In this document: one piece after another, positions 25,301 through 37,790 of the stretch
How the letters are laid out: the number at the start of each line of letters is the position of its first letter
Position numbering within the stretch: the first letter of the stretch is position 1
Assembly (NCBI GenBank): GCA_035084275.1
Contig: CM068745.1
Coordinates: forward strand, 41,106,001 to 41,170,000
From: Hydrolagus colliei
Lineage: Eukaryota
Length of the DNA stretch: 64,000 bases
Direction of reading: 5' to 3'
Notes under the pieces: model-generated
Databases searched by the model: none
What the model was told of the DNA's origin: nothing
The model's input: the letters and a program-made list of their open reading frames with translations, nothing else
Position numbers and translations under genes: made by a program

Positions 25301-27990
25301 ATAAATGGCTTTGTAGGTATAGTACAGTGGTTACAATGACTGTAGAGATCAATGCCTTATTATTAAATATTCAAGAAGATTATCAGATTAACATTGTGGC
25401 CTTTAGAAATAGTAAAATGGATAGGAGACAAATGATTATGACACAGTAGATTCCAAGAATGGCTCTGTTGATGGCTTTTGCAGTGCAAAATCTTTACTTA
25501 AAAATCAATATAAATGTGATCACATTAGTAATGGGACATCAAATATAATTCCTATTACATGCACATAATATTTGTTGCATTTTTTTAGTTAAAAATAACA
25601 AAACATTACAAATGTGAGTTAGAGTGCTGTAAGCAAGGTAGCATGGAATTAGTTATAGTCATTTCAATGCTTGCATGCCCGTATATAACCAATAAAAAAA
25701 ATCTGGGAAAACTTTCACCATGTTCAGTGAGCAATCATGCAAGTATAGAATTTGCTGTGATACACTAGTCTCTGCTTTGTAGTCATTAATCTGTGCTGTG
25801 AGATATGTATATTCCACTGTGCCTCTAACATTGCAATCAGACAAGATTTAATCCCATACTTTTAATTATAACCTTAGTATTATCAAGTACCTTTTCATTC
25901 AATTTCCCAAATTCTAGTCTGCACTATGAATGAAAGTGACCAAATTAAGTATTTTAATAATTTAAGAAACTTTATTCTTGAATTCCTAAAGCAAATTCCA
26001 TCAAAACCTGTGAATGTTTTCACCAATAAAGGCGTGGCAGTGTTGTTTCTGGTGGTTAGCAATCCCATGATGCTCTGCTTGAAGTGTGGAGTCTGTAAGG
26101 TATTGTGGTTGAAGGATTGTATTGTATATATTTCTGTGCAACAAGGATTAAGTAGGCCTGTAAAATGCAGAAAGATGATTGAAGCATGCCATGGCTAATT
26201 GAAACTTGCTGATGTCACATATTTGAGGGATTTCGGTAAGGTTGGCAGGGATGGGTTGATTCTTAATGCTTTTAAGCAACTAATTGCATCACCACTACAT
26301 TGAGACTGCTGTGGCTATCTAGCTATTTAAAATTCTTGAGTATAATGTATACAAGATGTAGATAATAGCATGCCGTATGCCAATACAGATAATTGTACAT
26401 GATATACAGATACTGAGGAAAGTATACAAGAAATAATATTCAGATGAACCTTGACTTTAAAAAAACAGATTTTAGTTGAAAAACCACATCCCATTTATTA
26501 GAATACTGTAGTTTAATTTCTACAACATAGTCCTAAAAATATATAAAATTTGATTATATTACTGACCCATTTAACTTTTAATGGTAAAAGAATCTACTGT
26601 TTTGACACTATTGAATAACACATGAGTCAGAAACTTTTTAATTGAGTCACAGATCATGATTTACCACATTAAATTTTAGCATAACTGGTTTGGTTTCACT
26701 CGGACTCTTTTTTCTGACCAATGGGAGATTGAAAGGCAGGAATAACATTCCTCTCCAGAATATGAATGATTCAAAGCTGAAAATTTTTCATTGATAAGGG
26801 GTCCTCACAAAATAAAACCAACTCTTTACATCTGGTGACAGTACGAAGAGTTACACAGGATAATTATGGTATGATACAAATGACGGACGTCTCCGGCGCA
26901 AGCCTGACTTTAAAACCCCATTGTGCCAATTTTCTAATTAACCACAAAAACAGGGGATGACACAGCTACCGGTTATTCCACTTGAAAACCTTCATAGTCA
27001 TTGATGGAGACAATGAACAAAGAATAAGTAGTAGTTTTGATTTTGCATTTGCTGGTACTCTGCTCAAAAACACAGCCTATAAGAGGCTGTGAAATATCTG
27101 AACATTTCATTTATGATTTCAGAGTACACGATGTGCTAATTGGTGATGATTTTACACTACGGTTTTCTTTTGCTTGTTGCTGAGTATTATGATTATTTTG
27201 GTTAAATTGATGTATTCACCAAATATTTTACCATTTTATGGTGTCCACATTATTATATATGCATCTCCTTCTTTGATGTCTCTCGGTATTCTCAGTTTGT
27301 ACTACAATGGTCAGGTATGTTTAAATCTTAAATTTGCTTTTCTCTTTTAAGCTTTGTTCATAGCTCCAAAGCCTCTATTTGTTTCTATTTAAGCCTCTAT
27401 TTGATGACAGGTATCACATAGCCCACAACCTCATATTCTCATTTCTTTATAATTTTGCTTGTATTCTGATTTTTGTGCCCTCCGTCGTTTTATTAATGTG
27501 ATCTTTTGACTCTTTTTTGTCTTTTTGGCGAATATCTGATGGTTTTGTGTCTGATTCAGTGACTAGAGTTTAAAATGTGGAGACTTAGCAGATATACACA
27601 ATACAATATTTAAAGCTAGGCTAACTGGGGACCCCAATGTTTCAATTTTACTATGGAGTGTCATTGCAAATCAGTGAAACGCTGGTTTAACTGGAACTGA
27701 TCTGCTCCTCAGTGACATCCAGAATTGTTCTTAAAATGGCCATCACATTGAATCAGCAAATGCAGTGTAACTACCTAGATGAAGCATAACAGACCAAGTT
27801 CACAAGTAGTTGTCATCAGATGCAAAGAGTTGTCAGTCACTTACATTGTCTGCTCCAATATAAGTAAATATTTTTTGTAAATTAATGGGTAGATTCCAAT
27901 TGTAAATTGATGGGTTCATTAAATGTGTGACCATAGGTACAAAACCATAACTAACTAATAATGCATCACCCATTCCCCCCACCCCCCTCC
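22336..27990 (+). other. Putative LSAMP 3' UTR / TE-poor downstream region (extent uncertain)
   Basis: Follows the stop codon. AT-rich, several AATAAA hexamers, and no young TE copy recognised over about 5.6 kb. Confidence 0.45.
22636..22659 (+). repeat. Poly-C tract (24 nt)
   Basis: Direct reading of the sequence. Confidence 0.95.
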
Positions 27991-27999
27991 CCCCCAAAG

Positions 28000-28170
28000 A
28001 ATTGGTGACTCAATTCACAACTGTGGACACTGCTGTGTGCAATTGGCTACTGTGTTTCACCCACAAAATACACTTTCAATTCACCTTACTCTATATCCAG
28101 TAAAGCTCGTTGAGACACTCAATTATGAAAATAAGGCGCTATGTCAAATGCAAATACTATATTATTATTA
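28000..28170 (+). mobile_element. SINE 3' half
   Basis: ACTCAATTCACAACTG...CTGCTGTGTGCAATTGGCT...AAATGCAAA..TATTATTA. Confidence 0.8.
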
Positions 28171-28294
28171 TGTCTCTACAATGCAAAAACATAGTAAATT
28201 GGTGCTGTGTATAAAGTCAGTATGTGAACACTCAGCGTTTTCCGTAGATTTTGATAGATGAGACCTATAGATTTCAAATACTCTGATGATATAT

Positions 28295-28460
28295 AATAAT
28301 AATCCTTCCATTTGATATAGTGCTTTTCACATCTTCTAGACATCTCAAAGCACTTCACAGAATATACTGTAAATTGAATTGACTATATTTGTGGGCGAAG
28401 CTCAGCAGCCAAATGCACACAGCAGTGTCTGACAGTCGTGGATTGAAATGACCCAAATTG
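28295..28460 (-). mobile_element. SINE 3' half
   Basis: AATAATAATCCTT..ATTTGATATAGTGCTTTTCACATCTTCTAGACATCTCAAAGCACTTCACAG. Confidence 0.88.
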
Positions 28461-28542
28461 TTTGTGTTACACAATCATTTTATATTGTAGAGATGATTTT
28501 CCTGTTGCTTTGGAAGAAAATGCTAAATGTTCTTACAGTATA

Positions 28543-29317
28543 CAGGTACCCCGCCCCAACCACGGTTTTCTCTACCGCTAATTTCACTTATCCACGGTTG
28601 GCTCGTTGCAACAACCCTTGCTAACCACGGCAATGGTTATTGCTTAACCCTTGCTTATCCATGGGTTTTAATACTAACACTAGCGTTTGGCACTAGGACC
28701 CAGTTGCATCAACCAGCCACGATGTCGCTTTGCGCTAGCATCTGGCGCTAGGACCCAGTTGCGATGTCGCAATTAACCAGCGAGATGTCGCTTCTCTCTT
28801 AGGATTAAGGTAAATAACATGAATTTATTGTCGCTTCTCCGCATCCCCCCACCCTCCATATCACCCACCACACCACCTTCTCCGTTGATTTCTCTCTCTC
28901 TCTGTCTGTGGAGATCAGTCAGTCAGACAGCCTCACGGATTGCTGCAGCTCCTGGCAGCCAATGCTCCCAAACTTACTTCCCCTATCCCCATGTCACCCA
29001 CCACACCACCTTCTCCGCATTCCATCCCTCCGTGTCACCCACCACACCATCTTCTCCGTTGATTTCTCTCTCTCTGTGTAGATCAGTCAGTCAGTCAGAC
29101 TCACGGATTGTTGCAGATCCTGACAGCCAATGCGCCGAAACTTACTCCCCCTATTCCCATGCTTCCCATAGGGCCCTGCATTTTCCAACCACGACAAAAC
29201 TAAACGTACTCCCCCTATCCCCATGTCTCCCATAAGGTCCTGTATTTTCCAACCATGGTTTTTCCAACCGCAGAGGTTTTCAGGAACGTATCCCCCGTGG
29301 TTGGGGAGGGGTACCTG
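28543..29317 (+). mobile_element. Non-autonomous Tigger/pogo-like DNA transposon, complete copy
   Basis: 23-bp TIRs CAGGTACCCCGCCCCAACCACGG / CCGTGGTTGGGGAGGGGTACCTG (1 mismatch), TA on both sides. Confidence 0.93.
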
Positions 29318-32300
29318 TACTATAATTATACAATTTTGTCACATGAATTAGGAGAAATAGATCTAAACAGTAACAATGTAGTTCCAATTTATGTTAAAAT
29401 AACTTAAGGTACGTAACAAAAATAACACAATGTACCAATACATTGTATTTACATATGCTGACATTTAAGGTATATTTTCGGTTATAGTTCGACATTTTCT
29501 TTTCTTTTGATGCCAATTACTTTAATACTCAACCCATAAATACCAGTAATTGCAGATTAATCTTGTATCCCATAAAGATGTACAAAACTGCATCAATTCC
29601 AGCTGCTTTTCCAGGTGCTTGATATTTTACAGGCAACCTTGAATTAAAATGCTAACATTCCATAAAATTGTTTCACTACTACAAGCTAAGTTGCTATATG
29701 TTGACTCTGGTCACTCCACATAGAGGACGGAATATCTACTTTAGATAGATTTTTTGAGTGGTACCACACAATGATATTAAAACTCTTGGAAACACAGGTT
29801 GTGCCAGTCTTTTGAAATGTTCTTTGAAATGCCTGTACCCACCTTATTATTCCACTGGTGTATGACAGCAGCAATACAACAGACACTTTGTGGTTTATAA
29901 AGCATGTGGTTTGTACATCTGCCCTTACCTCACCAGTGCAGCGGTGAACTTTTGTAATCATGCCTGTTTACATAATGAACTACTCCCTTATCACTTCAGC
30001 AAATATTTGTTCACTTTACATGTCGAATTTGTAAAAAAAAATTAACTTCTATTTCTGGTGCAGTAAATTCAGCTTGAATAATACACTTCAACTCTCCAAC
30101 ATGCCATCATATGTCATTTGTTTTAATTAAGAAAAATCAGTTCCATGAGCAATTTTAATATTCTTGCCTCTCGGTTCATGCATTATCTGCAATTATACCA
30201 TTTTCTAAAAAAAACATTTTATCTTAAGTTTTTTCCACCATCTTGTCCTGTTCAAAGATATCAAATACTGTACTCTGTTGAACAAGTTGGCATATTTGCA
30301 ACTTCTGTAATAAGAAGAGTGTGTGGTAAATTTGGGAGTGCTACAAACTGCTACATTGCTCCTGTGGCCTGACAAAGAAGGCCTCTGTAAGCAAACTGTT
30401 TTCATTTCGACCTAGCTTCCCTATGTAAAGAAGTTAATATATAAGTTACACTATGTTTTTCAAGTGTACAAATTAAAATAGCTGCATCCTGCACACCACA
30501 AAAACAAAGCAAAATTCAACAACATTCCTATGGATGTTTTTGCAAATAACTGACAGCACACATCAAGGTGTTTACATTTTGCTAATTCTTGGGTATACTC
30601 TGCAATTTGTTTGACAGCTTTTAAGCTATTATTTTTATCAGCGTGTAACACATAAATAGCTTGATTATGAGTTGTCCCAAAGAGTTTGGAAAAGGAAAAC
30701 AAGAAGTTTTGCAAGAGGAAACTGAGGTGACTATAATTGGTAATGACCATCCCCAGAAATATTTAAGACATTCTCCATAGCAAAATTCTCCATATTTAAA
30801 GTGCTTTGAAAACATCTCTTGACATGAAAGGGGCTGTATAAATATAAAGTATATTTTATTGTAAAACACATTACATATGCTGGCACAAAATATAATTTAT
30901 TGCATTTAAGTGTCATTTTACTATCTGCTCAGTATATACCAACTGTAGTTCATTGTCCTCTAAATGTTCCTTCTAAACTACAACATCTAAATACAGTTAT
31001 TGGGGCAGACTTCCAGCATCCCCAGTGACAGGCCAACTTGAAATCAGAATTGTTTTGAATACAAATATTTCTAACATCAGGATCATTTAAAATATTCATC
31101 TATTAAAGTATTTCTATGCATCAACGTTCTCATTTAAAAATCAGTGCATGATCTTTTTTAAAAAAGCTTCCTTTTTCAAAGGAATTCATGAGCAGAAACT
31201 GGAGTTAATCAAGAGAAATAGAACAATCAAGCAAGAGTGAGCATTGAGGGTGGCAGAGGAAAAGGAGTGCAGGCAAAAACAACTGCGCCTCTTTTGATTT
31301 AAAATGAAATTCAAAGTGATGTTAATAAGCTAGTGGGGAAGGATAAGTACAAAAGCGTGTTTTAGGAATAACAACTCAAAGTGGTTTGGTGTGTATCTCG
31401 GGAGCAAAAGAAGAAGCTCAGCAAGGACATTATGGGGGAAGAAGGCAAGAGTAAACTGATCAAATAATGGGGCTAAGAAAGATGTCCGCTTACTCCATTT
31501 CTTGGTTCCACAACACTGTTTGATGGGTCCAATTGTTGATGTTTCGTTTCCTATTTCAGGGGACAACAGGGCTCCTGGGGGGAAACTCAATTTTCAGCTC
31601 TGTGGAACTTCACGTATAACTGTGGGTTCTGGGGAAACAGGTTCCAAAGAAAATTACACTAGTGTAGGGCCTTTTACAACGGGAAGAAGTCCCAACGCAC
31701 TGGTGGCATTTGAAAAGACAGCAGGAATTGGAGTAAAGTTACTGGGGAGTCACTGAAGGAGTCAAAATAAAAGGTTTCAAGAAAACACTGAATGTGTTTT
31801 TGTAGAGAGAATCAGATATACTGTAGTGTGAGAAGCTGGGTGTATTTAAACGGTAGGTTAATTGGTCTTAATGCCCCTTTTCCTGTCCCTATAAACAACA
31901 ACAAAATTACATTTGTTAAAGCAACTTTCACATCGGGAGGATATCCCAAGGCTCTAATCAGTTGGGGAATAGGACCCAAGTGTGGGTGGGTGGAGCCTGG
32001 GGGCAGAATTGTGATGAACAAAGATTGTTTTGTAAGTTCAATGCAACATCATGTGGCCTTTGTTTTGAGGAACTCATACACACACTTCAATGAGACATAA
32101 TTGAACCCAGAGAGGGTAGAATCAGTATTTTTCATCATTTATTTGAATCCCGCAGTCTGAATATTTCATGCAATTCAGTGAATTCAATTTCAGTTCTGCA
32201 ACCCTTTAACATGTAAATCTTTATTTGAGAAAAAAAAATAAGGCATAAAGTCAAGGTGCAATTGATATATTGAAAACCAGACCAACCATTCAAACTGCAA

Positions 32301-32968
32301 ATATTTTTCTGATCTGTAAACTGTTAGGAATATTCATGTCTTCGAATATTCCTGCTTTCAAACTGGAATTAATGTCCTATTTATAAGTGCTGTATAAAAA
32401 TTTTCACATTCTAAAAATATCACAGGGACATTGCTGAAAACAGAAACATTTGTTGGACTGCAGATTGTTGGTCTACCTTATAAATATTCCCTTGTGGTAA
32501 AGCAGTTTCAAATGGTGCAGGGTAGAGGTGGCAGAATAAGGTGCATTGAAGGTTGTGATCGATGCAATGTATTGAAATTTTCCTAATCAGTTCTATCTTT
32601 ACTCTTTCTCAAGTTAGTCAAGACAGCAAGCTCCATCAGCAGTACCATTCAAGCCAAAATGCCAACAACATTGTAGCGTAAACAAAGTTTTTGCTACATG
32701 TTCAGGTTCACCATCTACTTAATTTCTATTCTGAAAATCAGATGAGAAAAACAAGCTTATTGTTGTTTTACCCAATTCCTGCCAAACTTACTCCTAGCTC
32801 TATGTTGCTGTGACCCAGTATGTACTGCTGCACTGAATTCTACTTGTACAATTGTGTTGATGAATCCTATGTATATTTTGTGTGTGATTATAAACATATT
32901 CCAGTGAGTGGATTTTTCTACTTTTACTGCTTTCCACTAGCTTGTGTTGCTTTGGGTTTGCTAACATG

Positions 32969-32995
32969 AATAAAACCTGTTTTAAGTGAAATGTG
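32969..32995 (+). terminator. Candidate distal polyadenylation signal
   Basis: AATAAA at 32969-32974, U-rich and TGTA-containing sequence upstream, GU/U-rich TGTGTCTTTTTTG about 18 nt downstream. Confidence 0.35.
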
Positions 32996-33058
32996 TCTTT
33001 TTTTGTAGGACCGAGCTATGATAATCTATATGTTATAAGCTTACATTCGATACAGTAT

Positions 33059-34165
33059 AACAACTTACACTTGTATCGCACTTTTCACTTTAGGAGACGT
33101 CCCAAGGCGCTGGACAGTTACTGCTTCAAACCCGAGCTGAGGACGGTGGGAGGGGAGGGAAGGGGGGGATTAGGAGTTGCCGATGGGTCCGTCAAAGAGG
33201 AGAGTCTTGAGGCGAGACTTGAAGGAGGCCAGGGAGGGGACGAGGCGGAGGGACTGCGGGATGGAGTTCCACAGGTTGGGGGCAGAGTGGCTGAAGGCTT
33301 GCCCGCCAATGGTGGGGCGGGTGGATCAGGGGATGTGGAGCAGGCCAGAGAATGCTGAGTGGAGTGGGCTGACAGGTTGGTAAGGGGATAGGAGGTTACA
33401 GATGTAGGGTGGGGCGAGGTGGAAGGCTTTAAATGTGAGGACCAGGATCTTGAATTGGATCCTCTGGATGATGGGGAGCCAATGGAGACAAATGAGGATG
33501 GGGGAGATGGGGTCATGGAGTTCGGAACGATAGAGGACAAGGGCTGCAGAGTTCTGGATTATCTACAGTTAATGGGGGAGGAATTGGGAAGGCCGACCAG
33601 CAGGGCGTTTGCATAATCAAGCCGCTATGTAATGAAGGCATGGATGAGAGTTTCAACGGCTTTGGGGGTGAGGTAGTGGCGGAGTTGGGCAATGTAGCGA
33701 AGATGGGGAAAGGCAGAGTGAGTCATTGCTTGGATGTGGGGGAGGAAAGCCAGTTGAGAGTCGAACAAGACACTTTGGTTTCTGACTGGTTTGGTGAGGT
33801 TGAGTGAGCAGCCATGGAGGTTGATGCTGCCAGGGCCTGATGCAAGAAGGCACTGATGCGAGCCATTCAGTAGGGCCTCTGTCTTGTTGACATTCAACTG
33901 TAGAAAGTTAGTTCTCATCCAGGACTTGATATCTGACAGGCAGTCTGTCAAGACAGTGGTAATCCTGGGGTCGAGGGTAGAGCCAGATAGATAGAGTTGG
34001 TTGTCATCCATATACATGTGGAAGTTAACTCCATGTCTGCAGATGATGTCACCAAGTGGGAGCATGTAAGTGTTGAAAAGTAAGGGGCCAAGGACAGAGC
34101 CTGGAGGATGCTACAGGTGACAGTGCGGGGGCTGGAAGAGAAACCTTTGGTATCGATGAAGTACA
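33059..34165 (-). mobile_element. L2 LINE, 5'-truncated
   Basis: Minus [29 protein letters not shown]...[14 protein letters not shown]2 tail AGACGTCCCAAGGCGCTG on the plus strand. Confidence 0.95.
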
Positions 34166-34461
34166 TGCACAGTTATATATTCCATGCTCTAAACACATAC
34201 ACAAATAGTATTCACTCCTTAATAAAGGATGTGACTGATAGAAACAATAAAATTTAACCATGAAATATTGAATTGAATCAAGTAAAAAAAAAACTACCCT
34301 TCATAGCTGAACTGTTGGGTGAGCATCTTGAAATTCAAAAAGTGATTCAATGAATGTACAATATTAATATTTGTATGCACTGAATAGTTTATTTCTGTTT
34401 GTATCTAGTACTGGAAACAAATCTGTTAAAGTCAAGTTTATCTGATATTCATTGCTATGTA

Positions 34462-35345
34462 CAGTAAAAAGCCTGTTTATCCATGACCATAACTTCCGTA
34501 TAACCTTCACCTCAAAAAAAGTCCCCATTCGAGTAACCGGATTTTATCCAGCACAATAATGGTGGTGCATTCAATGAGTCGATTGTCGCACAAGAGTACA
34601 GTATGATCAGTTCTGAATGCTACCAGTAGTGGCATTTCCGTTTTTTCCTCTTAAAGCGGGACTATCGATTTTTCCTCTCCCTCTCTCTTTTTTTCTCCAC
34701 GGCTTNNNNNNNNNNNNNNNNNNNNNNNNNNNNNNNNNNNNNNNNNNNNNNNNNNNNNNNNNNNNNNNNNNNNNNNNNNNNNNNNNNNNNNNNNNNNNNN
34801 NNNNNNNNNNNNNNNNNNNNNNNNNNNNNNNNNNNNNNNNNNNNNNNNNNNNNNNNNNNNNNNTTGCCCGTGTAGCCTAACTGTATCATGGATTTATACA
34901 CTGTTTTGGTGGGGGATGGGGGTGGAAGAAAGTGACAGGGGGGTGGGGGATAGAGTGGAGGGGGTTGGGTTTGGAGCCATTGAGATGCCAGACTGACTGA
35001 GTGTTTGTGTGAAAGAGAGAGAGAGGGAAGGAGGGAGAGAAAGAAAAATAGAGGAAAAACCGACAGTACCGCTTTAAGAGTAAAAAAAAACTCTTCTGTC
35101 CGCCATTGTAAAAGTTTCCTTTGTGATTTTGTGCAGTGTTTATAGACTGTAATCAATATTTATTGCTTTATTGGTAAGTATCCATACAATATTCTGTTAT
35201 TATTTAGTCCATTATTAATACGGTATGTTTAAAAATAAGTTTTTTTTTTGTGTTGGGTTTTTGGCAACTTGCTGCCCGAATCCGGCATGCCGTTTAACTG
35301 GCATTGACCAGGTCCCAAGCGTACCAGATAAACGGCCTTTTACTG
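34462..35345. mobile_element. Second Tigger/pogo-like non-autonomous element, spanning the assembly gap
   Basis: TA|CAGTAAAAAGCCTGTTTATCC ... GATAAACGGCCTTTTACTG|TA. Confidence 0.85.
34706..34863. other. Assembly gap (158 N)
   Basis: Run of n. Confidence 1.
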
Positions 35346-35369
35346 TACTTCAGATATTGCACAGTAGGG

Positions 35370-35410
35370 CAGTGGTTCTCAACTTTTTCAGTAATGTACC
35401 CCTTGTTAAT
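35370..35410 (+). mobile_element. Orphan Charlie-type hAT terminus
   Basis: CAGTGGTTCTCAACTTTTT matches the terminus type at 18017-18320. Cut off by the following CR1. Confidence 0.55.
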
Positions 35411-35411
35411 T

Positions 35412-36483
35412 TTCAAGATGGACTGGAAAAAAAGATTGGTGGTAAAATAGCTAAAAAGCAATGGGAAGTCTTCAAGGAAGAGATAGTTCTGGAAAAGAAC
35501 AAATACATTCCCACAAAGGGAAAAAGTAAGGCATCCAAATCTCCCTGAATGAGGGAGTGACTATCATAGTGAGGATAGTAGCAGACTGCAAGAGGACATA
35601 GATAGAATGGTAAAATTGGCAGACACATGGCAGATGAAGTTAGATGTGGAGAAATATAAGGTGATGCATTTTGGGAGGAAAAATGTGAAGAGGCAATATA
35701 GGCTAGATAATACAATATTAAGGGAAGTGGGGGGTGGTGGGGGGGTGGGGAGGTGTGAAGGAACAGAGAGACCAGACCTCAGGGTTCATATGAGTAAATC
35801 TTTGAAGATGGCATGATAGGTAGAGAAGTCTCTGAAAAAAAGCATACGGGATACTTGGCTTTATAAATAGGGGCATAGAGTGCACAAGTCAGAAGGTTAT
35901 AATTAACCTGTATAAAACACTGGTAAGGTCTCAGCTAGAGAACTGTATTCAGTTCTGGACACCACACTTCAGGAAGGAAGTTAAGGCATTGGAAAGGGTG
36001 CAGAGGAGATTTACTAAGAAGGTACCAGGAATGGTGGACTTCAGACATGAGGAATGGCTGGAGAGGCTAGGATTATTCTCGTTGGAGCAGAAAAGGTTAC
36101 GAGGAGACCTAATAGAGGTTTTTGGTGAGGGATGATTTGATAGGGTAAACAGGGAAAAACTGTTTTCACTGGTTGGTGTGTCAGTGACTCGAGGTCACAA
36201 ATTTAAAATAGTTTGTAAAAGAAGCAGAGGGTAGGTGAGGAGAAATTGTTTTCATGCAGCGAGTTGTTTGATTCTGGAATGCATTGCCTGAAAGGGTGTT
36301 GGGAGGGCGATTCTATATCAACTATTAAAAAGAGGTGGATGGTTCTTTGTGCAGGCTGGGTTTGCAGGGTTATGTGGAGAGAGCCAGGGAGTAGGATTGA
36401 CTTTGAATAGCTCTTTTCAATGAGCCGGCACAGACTCAATGTGCCAAATGTCCTTCTTTTGTGCTGTAAAATTCTATGATTCA
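35412..36483 (+). mobile_element. Older CR1 LINE fragment with large internal deletion
   Basis: MVKLADTWQMKLDVEKYKVMHFGRKN, collinear with the young CR1. Ends GTGCTGTAAAATTCTATGATTC. Confidence 0.93.
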
Positions 36484-36719
36484 CACCAAAGCTACGCAAG
36501 CTAGTGCAAAGCAGTATATGTAGAAAAGCAGACTGGGTAAGGAGACTGTGGTGTAATTATTTTTGGTCAGCTGGGTGTCTGACACATGGAAACCCATGTG
36601 GAAACCCAGTATCATGGTTAGGAGTACCCAAACCAAACTGAAAGTTCTATGCATCCTGCCTACACATGGAAATTCCAGAGATATTTGTTGGAATGGATTG
36701 TGCACTTTCTCCCTGAAGG

Positions 36720-37790
36720 AACGCTTGCCATTGAAAGTCTAGCATGTTTTGCTACTTCTTTGCTACTGGAGGACCACCTTATGGATAGAACCAGAGAGGT
36801 TCTACTCTATAATATTTTTCCCCAGCTTCTGATACTCTCCCAGTAGGATTTCAGCCCTTTTTTATATTGGGATTATATATTTCCCGATATCATGGATCCC
36901 AACATGGATCACCACTTCTGAAAGTTCTCCTTCCCCCTGTAGAATTGTATTCACCCATTCTGTGATGTCTTCAACCCTGGCACCAGGGAGGCAACATCCA
37001 AAACTTGCGTCTTTGGTTGCAGAAACGCCTGTCTATGCCTTTGACTGTTGTGCCCCCAATGACAACTGCATTTACACTCTTCCCTATGTCCCCCTGTTCA
37101 TCCAATTGCATTTTACTACTCTCCCCCGAGGTATCAACACTCTCAGTATTCAGTGCTGAGTACCAGTTGTTAATAACCAGACTCGAAATCAGAATGGTTA
37201 GATATAAGCAGGTTATTTACTCGGGTATCCTCGATTGAGGTGGTACTTTACACAGCAGTGGCACACAACGTATATTCAACATATACGACTGGTTAATCAA
37301 CGCTCCGTTCGACCGCGCCCCAGCGGTTCTTGTTCAGTCCTGGTCCCGGCTCCGGCAGCGGATTGGCTGTTGTTAATTCCCCGGTTGTGGCCCCGTTTCC
37401 ACCACGTGCTTGTGTAGTCCTTCTTTGTTGGTAGTTTAACCAATGACACTCAGCGTGTTAGTCACATGGTATTGTAAGGAGCCAGTACAAAATGGATATA
37501 CATTTCCCGCCAGTTACAGGGTCAGGTTTGAATCGCACCAATCAGGATCGACCGTGGTCCAACCTTCATTTACATATGAAAGAGTATCTTGTGACAAAAG
37601 AGTATCTTGTGACTTCTCAGTTTCACAAACTCAGCACACAGGCAAACATAAGCGGGTTAACTATTTCAACACCGGTCCCCATACTAACACGGTTTTTGAG
37701 GGCCATACTTTCGATGGATTTCTGCACTGCCCGTCCCCTCATCCTACCATGCCAAATTGTCAGCCAGTCACTCTCTGGGTTAATTTAACT
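36720..37790 (-). mobile_element. Decayed CR1 5' region (ORF1 / ORF2 start), interrupted by a solo LTR
   Basis: ACCCTGGCACCAGGGAGGCAACA and CAGAAACGCCTGTCT resemble the reverse strand of chondrichthyan CR1 ORF1 as I recall it. Similarity appears to resume after 37690. Confidence 0.55.
37168..37689 (-). mobile_element. Solo LTR (522 bp)
   Basis: TGTTA...TAACA termini, 4-bp TSD CAGT/CGGT (one CpG-type change), CpG-rich relative to flanks. AGTAAA on the minus strand near the left end suggests the orientation. Confidence 0.75.

Noticed and set aside
31330-31760. GC-richer stretch with splice-like sites and short ORFs, faint resemblance to DIRS-type motifs (FTLAFF, WGNRF)
   Set aside because: No frame gives a clean exon between acceptor and donor, and the motif hints are short and on opposite strands.
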